In this document: in pieces, positions 19,577-29,900 of the stretch
How positions within the stretch are numbered: the stretch's first letter is position 1
Layout: each line of letters starts with the position of its first letter
From: a virus
DNA length: 64,000 nucleotides
IMG/VR virus record: IMGVR_UViG_3300010396_000006
Span: 32,001-96,000 of that record
Reading direction: 5' to 3' (one strand)
The notes under the pieces: model-generated
Told to the model about the DNA's origin: nothing
Database searches by the model: none
The model's input: only the letters and a program-made list of their open reading frames with translations
Translations under genes and position numbers: made by a program

Positions 19577-21325
19577 ATGACAGTCTATGGCAGTGTGTGC
19601 GTGAGTGTTCCAACCGGTCCATCGTCAACGAAAAGCTTCTCGTTTGGGGTCCCAGGCGAGATCGTGGATCGGATGTGTGCAAGACCGGATATTGAATGGG
19701 AACCCCAATTCAAGGCGATGGTCAACAAGGCAATCAACGGGCCACCGATCGAATCAGACAATAAGGAAGAACTGAAACCGCCATTCGTTTCCGGCCAGAA
19801 AGTGATCTGCGTTCTGAACAGCAAAAATCTCGGCGGATTGACTGTCGGTGAGGAATATACGATCTGGAGATGCTTGAAGGACTCGATGATGTCGAGCGGC
19901 TTCAAATGCGAACTCAAGGAAAAGATGGTGGGCCAGATGTATTGTGCATCGCTGTTCAAAGCGAAGTCGGAGTCTGGAAAACTGTCAAACGATGAACCAC
20001 CATTCCAAGTCGGCGATCATGTTGAGATGCTCAAAGAGAGAGATCAAAAACCAACCGGGGTTGCCAGTCTCGTAGTTACGGGCGTTCGTTCACCGGAGCA
20101 GATGGCGGGGCATTGGACGCTTCCAGGCGTCAAGGCAAACGAAGGTGAGTGGTTTGTGTCGTGCGATCCAAAATGCACTGCATGGGGACCGGCAGGATAT
20201 TTTCGCAAGGCGTTCTTACCGCCATTCGCAGTCGGTGAGGAAGTGTTGGCGAATTACAACTTTTGGTCTGACTTGAATACGCTGGCTTCTGCAATCCAGA
20301 TCCACGAGAACAAGCCATATCGAATTAGAGCAATCCAAAAGGAAGTCGACTGCAATTCCGGTTGGAAAGTCTGGGTGGAAGGACAGCAAGGCGGTTGCGA
20401 TGCGTCGAAGTTCAGGAAGATGGATTCAATCGGAGAACAAATACGAAAGTCGCTCGAAGGAACATATCGCAATGCCCAGGAACTTATTGATTTTGAAGTC
20501 GGCCATGAAGCGGCAATTGCGAGAACGAACTATTTCGCATATCACGGACCGTTCGAAAGCGGCGATTTGCGATGGGGCCAAGTCAATATTGGCGAAAGAC
20601 GTCGATGGTTGAACGCCGCGAAAGCTGTCGAAGCAATCGTGAAAGATTGTGACGAATTTCGTATCGCCAATTCGATCGAAGAACTGATCCAGCAGAACAG
20701 CGGACCGGAAGATCTGAACCTCGAAGCTGGCGTGAACAAACTGGAACTGGCGTTGCAGTGGGTGAAAGATCGGATTGTCCACGAAAAGGCGAAGATCGCA
20801 CCGCAACCGTTCCAAGTCGGAGAAGTAGTTCAGGCTGTTGAAAACGTGATGAGCGGAAACGGAAAAGGAACTGTCGCCGCTGGTTGTCATATCAAAGTAT
20901 CGGCCTGCGAACGACGCAACCCTGATATCTGTCCTTCAGGCTGGATCGTGTATGCCGAAGATTGTGACCACTGGGGCGGATTCGATTCAGCGAAGTTCAA
21001 GAAAGATCCGATTGTTAATCCGGTCTCGACAGATCAATGGAAATTGCCCAATTCAGGGACTGTCAAATTCAGTCCCATCATTAATCCAAAACCAGGACAG
21101 ATCCCCATCTACAGGGGTGATGGTCAAGTTGAATGGATTGATCTTCCGAAAGATCAAACAAGATCGATAGCGTGGGAATACAGAGTAACTCCATGTCTGG
21201 ATGTCATTGATGAAGGATTTGATTCTGGCGTTGTCGACAGATTGAATAACAGCGGTGAAATCGGCTGGGAATTTGTAGCGTTCACTCCTATGACAGGACG
21301 AGCCGTATTCAAGCGCAGGAAGTGA
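19577..21325 (+). CDS. Multi-module hypothetical protein with four PF.xG.xV (SH3-like) repeats
   Basis: PPFVSGQKV, PPFQVGDHV, PPFAVGEEV, QPFQVGEVV, each ending ..F(K/R)(A/K). Confidence 0.7.
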   Translation: MTVYGSVCVSVPTGPSSTKSFSFGVPGEIVDRMCARPDIEWEPQFKAMVNKAINGPPIESDNKEELKPPFVSGQKVICVLNSKNLGGLTVGEEYTIWRCLKDSMMSSGFKCELKEKMVGQMYCASLFKAKSESGKLSNDEPPFQVGDHVEMLKERDQKPTGVASLVVTGVRSPEQMAGHWTLPGVKANEGEWFVSCDPKCTAWGPAGYFRKAFLPPFAVGEEVLANYNFWSDLNTLASAIQIHENKPYRIRAIQKEVDCNSGWKVWVEGQQGGCDASKFRKMDSIGEQIRKSLEGTYRNAQELIDFEVGHEAAIARTNYFAYHGPFESGDLRWGQVNIGERRRWLNAAKAVEAIVKDCDEFRIANSIEELIQQNSGPEDLNLEAGVNKLELALQWVKDRIVHEKAKIAPQPFQVGEVVQAVENVMSGNGKGTVAAGCHIKVSACERRNPDICPSGWIVYAEDCDHWGGFDSAKFKKDPIVNPVSTDQWKLPNSGTVKFSPIINPKPGQIPIYRGDGQVEWIDLPKDQTRSIAWEYRVTPCLDVIDEGFDSGVVDRLNNSGEIGWEFVAFTPMTGRAVFKRRK

Positions 21326-21329
21326 CGCC

Positions 21330-21533
21330 ATGATCGATGTCACCGCAATCCAATGTCCAGAGTGCGATCATCTCCCATTGAAGATCATCCATCAGTCGGA
21401 AGAACAGATCGTCGCCAAATGTCGCAATTGCGGGAATGACTGGATCATCACGGTCAAGACGGTCGTTTTATCGGAGTCGGAAATTGAGGCCGGACAAGAT
21501 GATGCTGTTGAAATCACAGACATGCCGTTCTGA
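21330..21533 (+). CDS. Zn-ribbon protein
   Basis: CPEC..CRNC. Confidence 0.6.
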   Translation: MIDVTAIQCPECDHLPLKIIHQSEEQIVAKCRNCGNDWIITVKTVVLSESEIEAGQDDAVEITDMPF

Positions 21534-21560
21534 GAGGGAGAGTGAATCATCTGCGACGAA

Positions 21561-21839
21561 ATGAGTTCCGAAGAACGCTACGCCATGCATGAGGATATGG
21601 CGGATAAAATCACCGATGCATGCGCCGAATTGTTCCCCGAAGATGGAATGTGTGCTGATGTTTTATTCGCGTTGCTGACGGCTGCGTCATGGGGAGCGTT
21701 ATTTCTCATTGATATGCCGCCGGATCAAAAACAAAGGTTCGTTAATAACGGCGTCGTGCCGGAACTCGTTGCCACCGCTTCATGTGCGATACGAGAACGA
21801 TTAGAAAAGATGCGTGTTGCTGACAATAGCCGAAACTAA
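21561..21839 (+). CDS. Hypothetical helical protein
   Basis: ORF lies within the operon. Confidence 0.55.
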   Translation: MSSEERYAMHEDMADKITDACAELFPEDGMCADVLFALLTAASWGALFLIDMPPDQKQRFVNNGVVPELVATASCAIRERLEKMRVADNSRN

Positions 21840-21854
21840 ATGAGGAGTGAATTA

Positions 21855-22574
21855 ATGGGAACGCAAGTTTGGAATGTGGCATCGCTGCTCGTCATGACGT
21901 CTATGTTCATTGGCTTGGCGACAATGCTCTATCGAGCATTCCGTCATCAACCGGACGTGAAGACTCCAGAAGATCCATACGGATTCGGTTGCAAGCCAAC
22001 GCCGATTCAATTGAGAGTCCTGAAATCAACGGCTGACATCGTGATCTATTGCGGGCCTGCTGGATCTGGAAAGAGCATGCTGATGCGAATGGCCGCAATG
22101 ATGCGAGCCAGGTTGTATCCGTCACAGCCTATCCTCACGTTCTGGTTTCAGCAGCGAGAAACGTGGGAAATGTTGGACAAGCACATTCCGTCAATTCGCG
22201 TGATCGGCCTCAAAGGCATCAATGAGGCTTGTGATCAATTTGCGGGAGTTGCGGCCCACACGATTTGCATCGACGGGATTGACTGGATCAGGGAAGAGTC
22301 GTTCTGGTTTCTGCTGTCGCGGTTGCGATCGAACGATTCGAACGTCAATCCGCAAATGTTCTGCTCAATGGATCGTCTTACAGATCCAAAGCCGCTATGG
22401 CTCGCAAAGCTGGTGAAGCATTGGGAGGAACCAGCAGACGGAATCGGCATTCGTGGAAAGCGGAATGGAATCCGTCACTTCCAAAGGATTGACGGCAATT
22501 TGCATCTTGTGGATATCACAAAGCATGATGCGTTGCTCAGCAAGCCGATCTCGATCGAATACATCCAAGGATGA
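21855..22574 (+). CDS. Membrane-anchored degenerate terminase ATPase-domain paralog
   Basis: Colinear similarity to the TerL N-terminal half; Walker A GPAGSGKS; N-terminal TM helix; GAGGAG RBS. Confidence 0.75.
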   Translation: MGTQVWNVASLLVMTSMFIGLATMLYRAFRHQPDVKTPEDPYGFGCKPTPIQLRVLKSTADIVIYCGPAGSGKSMLMRMAAMMRARLYPSQPILTFWFQQRETWEMLDKHIPSIRVIGLKGINEACDQFAGVAAHTICIDGIDWIREESFWFLLSRLRSNDSNVNPQMFCSMDRLTDPKPLWLAKLVKHWEEPADGIGIRGKRNGIRHFQRIDGNLHLVDITKHDALLSKPISIEYIQG

Positions 22575-22624
22575 CTAATCAGGGCACGATGCCATCATCA
22601 AACCAATAACAGGAGAATCACAAG

Positions 22625-22981
22625 ATGGGATTAGCGAGACGATGGATGCGCAAAGTCGAACACAAATTTGCCGATCAATTTCAGGAAGGGGAATTCTTCG
22701 ACAAACGACAGAAACACGCCAAGCCGCAAGTATTCAACACTCGGATCTACTTCCAAGATCCAGAATCGGAATGCGTTCAAGTGTCTCGGATCATGGGAAC
22801 CACGTCTGTTGCTCATCGCCTCAAAGGCCACATGGACCGCAACCCGACATGTCGAATCTTGCAGGTGAAGAACACGCCTCATAAACGATGGACAAAGCCA
22901 GAACATCCTCTGGTCGCTCGCCGCAAGATGGCAAAGGCCAGAGCTGAAAGGCTCAAGCGTCAAATCCCGGTCAAGAGATAA
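22625..22981 (+). CDS. Basic hypothetical protein
   Basis: AGGAG RBS. Confidence 0.6.
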   Translation: MGLARRWMRKVEHKFADQFQEGEFFDKRQKHAKPQVFNTRIYFQDPESECVQVSRIMGTTSVAHRLKGHMDRNPTCRILQVKNTPHKRWTKPEHPLVARRKMAKARAERLKRQIPVKR

Positions 22982-23059
22982 TCGTTACCGGTCCGTGAAT
23001 GGGTAATTGTGCCGCCAAGTTTTAAATACTCCTACGAATGTTCAAGAAAGGCTGATTTG

Positions 23060-23536
23060 ATGCCGGAGAATTTGACGATCGAGCAGAAGGCCACTAACAA
23101 CGACACATTCCGCCACATTGAACGGGTGAGAAATCTGATCAATACTTGCGTGACGGATCTACTTCGACGGGGAGAAAGACACGATCAAACGAAACTGGAA
23201 TCACCAGAGGTTGAACTGTTCACAGAATTCACGCCAAAGTTGGCTGAGTGTACTTACGGAAGCGCCGAGTACGAGGGATTCCGGAAAGCAATGGGGCCGG
23301 CGCTCGCTCACCACTATGCGAACAATTCGCACCATCCAGAGCATTGGAAGAATGGCATTGACGACATGAGCCTGCTGGACATTGTCGAAATGTTGTGTGA
23401 CTGGAAAGCAGCGAGTGAACGCCATAACGATGGAAACATCCGGAAGTCGATCACGATCAATGCCGACCGATTCAAGATGTCGCCGCAGTTGGTGAAGATT
23501 CTGGAAAACACAGCCGACTTGCTGTTCTCAGATTGA
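23060..23536 (+). CDS. DUF5662-like HD-fold protein
   Basis: HIERV..HDQTK..HHYANNSHHPEHW..EMLCDW.AA. Confidence 0.75.
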   Translation: MPENLTIEQKATNNDTFRHIERVRNLINTCVTDLLRRGERHDQTKLESPEVELFTEFTPKLAECTYGSAEYEGFRKAMGPALAHHYANNSHHPEHWKNGIDDMSLLDIVEMLCDWKAASERHNDGNIRKSITINADRFKMSPQLVKILENTADLLFSD

Positions 23537-23594
23537 GACCGCTGGCAATGTGCTGACGGCAAACAGACCGTAACTCAAGTTTCAGGAGAAATCA

Positions 23595-23888
23595 GTGAAT
23601 TCAAGACCATTGGCCGATCAGGTGATCATCAAGCGAGATGACGCCGAAAAAGTGACTCAGGGAGGAATCCACCTGCCGGATCGAGCGCAGAACGTCCCGC
23701 GAAAAGGAACTGTCCTCGCCGCAGGACCTGGGCGACTTCTGGACAACGGAACCCGCGGAGAAATGGAACTGAAAGCCGGGGATCGAGTCTATTTCTCAGC
23801 TTACGGCGTTCAGGAAGTGGAGATTGACGACGAAAAAGTCATCATCTGCCGGGAGGCGGATGTGTTAGCGGTGATCGAATCTGAGTGA
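23595..23888 (+). CDS. groES: Co-chaperonin GroES (Cpn10)
   Basis: RPLADQVIIK...TQGGIHLPD.A...GTVLAAGPG...GDRV.F..Y...READVLAVI. Confidence 0.9.
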   Translation: MNSRPLADQVIIKRDDAEKVTQGGIHLPDRAQNVPRKGTVLAAGPGRLLDNGTRGEMELKAGDRVYFSAYGVQEVEIDDEKVIICREADVLAVIESE

Positions 23889-23925
23889 TCTGCCGTCGCA
23901 AAGCCCTGTCTGATATCGATTTCCA

Positions 23926-23967
23926 AGGCTGAGTTGACTATTTTGTTGACTCAGCCTCTTTCGTTTT
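23926..23967 (+). terminator. Intrinsic terminator after groES
   Basis: AGGCTGAGTTGAC/GTTGACTCAGCCT stem followed by T-rich tail. Confidence 0.65.
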
Positions 23968-23976
23968 CAGGCAAGG

Positions 23977-26900
23977 ATGTCACAAATCATGAGCCGACGC
24001 CGCAACCGCAACCGTCGCGTTGAGAACTATCGCAAGAATTCGGATCGGGTTGTTGAGCATCCAAATGTTCCGGCCCCCGAACTGAACGACTCCCAAATCA
24101 AGTCGATGGCGTCTCAGATGCGGGCGGCTCTGGCCGGAAGCTTCGGCGGCGCTCAAGTCACGAATCACCGCGAAGAAGCTCTCCACTATGAGGGCAATAG
24201 CTACGTCAATATCGCGGCCATCTGCGCCCAAATGATGATGGTGACGATAACAGCCTATGTCGACGGATCGAACCAGCTTCGACAGCAGTCGGTCCGGAAG
24301 TCGCTGCGAGGTCTCGTCGGAAGCCGATGGAAGTCTCAATATGGGGTTGATGAGGCATCGTCGAAGCAACTCGAATCAGACCATTACCTGATGCGATTGC
24401 TGTCGAAGCCAAATCCGCACGAACCGGGCAGCATGTTCCGGTATCGGCAAACTCTTCAACTCAGGCTCACTGGAGGTGCGTTCCTGTGGAACGTCCCAAA
24501 TATCAACGGCCGGACGTGCGAACGGTACGTCATCCCCACCACATGCCTGACGCCGGTCTATCCAGACAACACGTTGCCGTACGGTGGTTATCGCGTTCAA
24601 CCAAACTGTATGCGATGGATTCCACTGGTTGACGATGGATTCGTGATCGGGACCCCGGCCCTGATGCGAGTGTTGGGCATGATCATTGATGCCCGAGAAA
24701 TCCAAAAGGTTGGCTATCCACATCCGATCTGGCTGGATGACTTCCAAAGCCCGATGTCTGCTGGCGCTCAGTGGGTCGATGCCGAACGATCGATCAACAT
24801 CGCACGGGCAATGGGCATCAGCCGCGGCATGAATCCGAGCGGTTTCCTTGAACTATCCAAAGAATACATGGGCATCGAACAAGATGCGCTGAACATCACT
24901 CAGCGGAAACTCGATCGACAATATGGCGGCGTCAACAACACGGGCAAGGTCATTGCCGTGGCTCCCGATACCAAGTTCACCGGATACGATCGAAGCCCGA
25001 AAGACATGGAATACCATGAAGGGTACTTGGATCACCGGGAAGCGAATCAGTCTCTACACGGCGTTCATCCGATCATCACTGGCGGACAGCCCCCCGGCGC
25101 ATACGCGGCCTACTACGCCGCCATGCGAGCATTCGACAACAACACGTTGACTCCCATTTGTGACATGCTGGCGGAATCAGACACGTTCCACATTGCACCG
25201 CAATTCGGCGAAGGGATCACGATCGAGATCGAGCCAAAGCCGATCAACGATGAGGACGAACTGAATTCACGTCTCCAGGTCGATGGTCAATTGGGGATCA
25301 TCAAGGTCAATGAAGCGCGAGCATTGCGAGGAATGCCGCCATTGGACGGAGCGCAAGGAGAAAAGCTGTGCGGACCGACTTCAAAGGATAAGGTTGGTCA
25401 GGATCAAGACAGCGACAATCCATCCAAGCCGAAGAAACCAAAGCAGTCTGGCGATGCGCCGTCAACTCCCGAGGTCCAAGAAGCCGAACAAGCGGACGTC
25501 CCCAAGGCTCCCGAAAATCCCATCGTCGGCAAGAGTGAATCAAAATCACTTCAAGCCGCAATGGAAGGGATGAAGGAGGCGGACGAAGACTACATTCAAG
25601 AAATAGTTGCCAAGGCGTTGGATTCGCGACTGAAGGCGATGCAACCTGCCGAGAAGCCAAAGCGGAAGTATTCCTCGACGCAGTTTGATCTGCCTGCCGG
25701 TCTCGCCGAAAAAGTGCAGGAGATGGCAGCCCTGATCAATCCGGCCGATCTCGCATCGGATGGAATCGAAGAAAATCCGCACGTGACTTGCTTGTACGGG
25801 CTGACCGAAGAATCACCCAATGATGTCAAGAAAGCCGTCAAGGGAATCTCGGCCGGTCCGATCGTTCTTGAATCGCTGTCGTTGTTCCCGGCTGGTGACA
25901 AGCTTGCTCAGCATGGCGGCGAACAGTTCGACGTTTTGAAGATCAGCATCGGCGGAAAGTTCATTCACGAGATTCACAATGCGATCGCAGAATCGTGCGA
26001 GTATGAAACCGATTATGCCGACTATTCTCCTCACTGTACGATCGCCTACTTGAAGCCGGGAAAAGGCCGCAAGTATGTGACGATGAACAATCCAGTGGAT
26101 GGGATGACGTTCATTCCTGACAAGCTGATCTTCAGTAGCAAAAACCGAACGGTCTCGGCAATTCGATTGAGCGTTCTGAAATCAGTCGAAGAACAACCAT
26201 CAGAAGCTCAGATTACTGCCGGCAATTACAAAAAAGATCACATCACAATTCAGGGGCTAAGGATCTCAATCGAAAATCCGAAAGGATCTGTTCGAAGTGG
26301 TCGTGACGATGATGGCAATGAGTGGTCAACGAAAATGCGGAATGATTACGGCTACATCAAAGGAACGAAATCAGATTCCGATGGTGATCACATTGATGTC
26401 TTCGTTGGGCCAAATCCAAGTTCAGAATTGGTGTTCGTAATTGATCAGGTCAATCCGCAAAGCGGGCAACATGACGAACACAAATGCATGTTGGGATTCG
26501 ATTCGAAAGATCAAGCGAAGTCTGCCTATCTCGAAAACTATTCCAAGGGTTGGAAAGGCTTCGGCGGCATTACTCCAATGCACATGGATCAATTCAAGGA
26601 ATGGCTAGACAGCGGAGATTCATCAAAAGGAATCGCGAGAAAATCTCTCACGGCAGCATTCTCCGAATCAGAAATGAAGGGCCACAATCCAATCAGCGAC
26701 ATCCAAGCCATTGGAAAGAGACTCGCTGAATCCGATTGTGGAATGCCCGGATACGGTCAGATCTTTATCAAGGAAAACGGATCTGGCCAAGCATGGTATG
26801 TCGGTGGCGACGGAGATGAACGAGGATTCGATAAGACTGTCATTCAAGAACTGAAGAAAGTCACGGGGATTGACGAAGTTCGTTATGAGTCTGAATCGTT

Positions 26901-29900
26901 CCCGCCCGATGGGGAAGGATGGATTCAGGTCTATCCGAAAGTGTCGAAGCGTAAATCTCTCGGCATGTCCGAAGGGATCGGGTCAGATGGAGGATTCGCC
27001 GTCGCTTCCGAAGACGAACGATGCCCAAAATGTCCCAAATGCGGATCACGGGAAACGCATCATGCTAGAACTGATGGCACAGGGAACGCGATCTGTAGCA
27101 ATTGCAAATCAATTTTCACTGATCCTGATTATGGAAAACAGAAATCAGTTTCGTTTCCATCGTCAGAAGTCGTACCGGGCAACAACGGCCATCAATTCCC
27201 CAAGAACACATTGATTCTTGGTGGGGATCAAGTTCTGATGCCACCAGAGTCAGAACTCAAATCCAAATGGATCACGATTCATCCTGGGGGAGACAAAGAC
27301 GCAACTGGCATTCACATCCTGATTGACGAAGACGGCGAAATCAAAGGCGGTCCGGCCGAACTGCGAGACAAAGGCATCCGCAAGATGTCTGACTTCGGGA
27401 AAGAAGACCTGAAGCCAGTCAAACCAAAAGACAATCACGAGAAGGCCGCATTCAACGCCAGCAAGCGAGCCGATCAAGCATCCGCCGATGCTAAAGAGTC
27501 GGGCGACCTGTTCGACCATATTGCGGCTAAAGAAGCCCACATGCACGCCGCAGCCCATCACAGCAAAGGCGGCAATGAAGATCAGGCGTCATATCACAGA
27601 AAGGCGGCTCAACAGCACGGTTCAGCCGCGACACCAACGGCTCCAGCGTCAAACGGACAACTGAGCGACGAAAAGATCATCCAGGCAATGAAGCCATCCG
27701 TTGATCGCAGCGGCATGGTTGAGGCCGAAGAACTGCGATCGATGCCAGAATTCGCTGGGATGTCGAAAGAGAAATTCGACCAACGAATGATGGACATGGC
27801 CAAAGTTGATCAGCCGGGCGGACCGAAGGTCTCGTTGCACCGATACGACCGAGCCGAATCGCTGTCAGCGGACGATAAAAAAAAGATGATCTTCGATCCG
27901 GATGCGCCGGCACGATTCGAAGATGGACAAAAGGGAGCGTATTACAATGCGGTCTCCATCCGCAAATCGTTGTCAGAAATGAAATCGCATTGGATTACGA
28001 TCCATCCTCATGGCGATGAGCATGATGGAACGCACGTTTTGATCGATGGAGAAGGGAATATCGAAGGCGGTCCCGAAGGACTGGCGAAACGTGGGATTCA
28101 CAAGCTGTCCGACTTTGGGAAAGGCGGCGAATCAGCAGACAAACCACACGAAACCCGTGAAGAGTGGGCGAAGAGACATTCCGATGCCGCCGATCATTGG
28201 TTACATGGAGTGAACAATGATCTGGCAGCCGTGCATCAAGAACACGGCGACTTGATCACAAAAAAGCACATGACGGACAGCTTTCGAAATCACGTCAATA
28301 CCGGAAGAATGACCCCAGATCAATATGAGGATCATGTTTCTAAGGGAACCATTCTCGGTGGACACGATTACGAACGCGCTCAGCATGTCGAGCAGAAAAT
28401 CCATGAGATCAAAAATCGTCCGCTAACTGTCCCGGAGCCAGATGGAAAGCATCCATACGTTGAACCGCCCGCCAAGCCGCCGGAAGAAAAGCCAGAAATC
28501 CGACCAGACATCGACGCTCCGATCAGCAAGAAAGACACGCCTCGCGAAACGGCGGCAAAGCAAAAGAAGATTGACGATGATTATGCGTTTGCTCGCAATT
28601 CATCCATCCCGAATGTCGGCGAAGATGTTGCCGATTCGGCTCGTCACAAGCGAAATGCTTGGCGTGGATTGGAAGATGCGGAATCCAATGGAACCGCCGA
28701 ATCAATGGTGACTCGTGATAATCTGCTCAAGGCCGAACCGCACAACTTGATGTCTCATGCCGGAAAACATCCACTGACATCACTGGCCATGCATTACGCG
28801 ATGAGATCGTTCCCAGCGAAACCATCCAGCAATCGCGAAGTGGCCAATGCCAGCGATCGGAAGGACTATCACGAAGCGTATCAGAGCATCAAAGCAAAAG
28901 CCGAGCATCTGGCGGAAACAGAATCCGATCCACGGGCAGCCGCAGAGAAGCTACGAGAACACGTCGGCAATCATCTGAAGGGATTGAGGGAGCGGAAGAT
29001 TCCCGGACCCACAATTCCCGTGGCCGATCGATACAACAAGACCGCGAACAATTTGGTTGGAATGCACAAGGCGTTACGATTCGCCAGCTACGGCCGACCA
29101 TCGGCAAATAGCGTTCATGGCAAGATGGAAGAGTTCTCAAAGGCGATGGCCGGGAAATATGGACTTCCAGAAAAGTATGAACCTGAAGCGGCCAAGCAAT
29201 TCGCCTCCCATATTGAGACTCACGCCAAGGACATTATTGACGGGAAATCGCTTCCACAGTCATTTGGCATTAAGGGAGAAAAGAAAAACGAATTTAATCC
29301 TGCCGATCGATACGTCAAGCATGCTGAACGAGCCGGGGGCAAGGATGTCAGTCACCAAACCGCAACGGGAGTCTCGGCGGCAAACTCCGTCGTAAACGAC
29401 TTCGGGATGCGTGGCGTCCAATGGGGTAACAGCGTCACTGACGACGAACGCCATCATCACGCTGCCAAGGTTGTCGAAGCGTTGACCGATCTGGCCGATA
29501 CTCTCGGCATCAAGCCGGCTGATCTCAGTCTCGGCGGAAAGCTGGCCTTGGCCATTGGCGCTCGCGGTAAGGGAACTGCCTCGGCTCATTACGAACCGCA
29601 TACCCAGGCCATCAACCTGACGCGGGCCAGCGGAGTCGGTACTCTCGCCCATGAGTGGGGACACGCCTTTGATCATTCACTGGAGAATTTCGCGAATCGT
29701 GCGACGAGTGCGGTCTATCACAGCGAAAACTATCGATCCAGTCCGGCAATGCAAAAGCTGACATCCGATTTCCGATCATCGGGATTCACGAATCGAATTC
29801 ATAGTGAGGTTCGTGATATGGTGCGTCAGGGCCTGATGTCGAAAAAGAAAGCGGAATACTGGCTATCAACCAGAGAACAATTCGCCCGTTGCTTCGAGAG

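Noticed and set aside
22572-22587. Third copy of linker C (ACTAATCAGG after a stop codon)
   Set aside because: Only a 10-nt match and no companion linkers nearby
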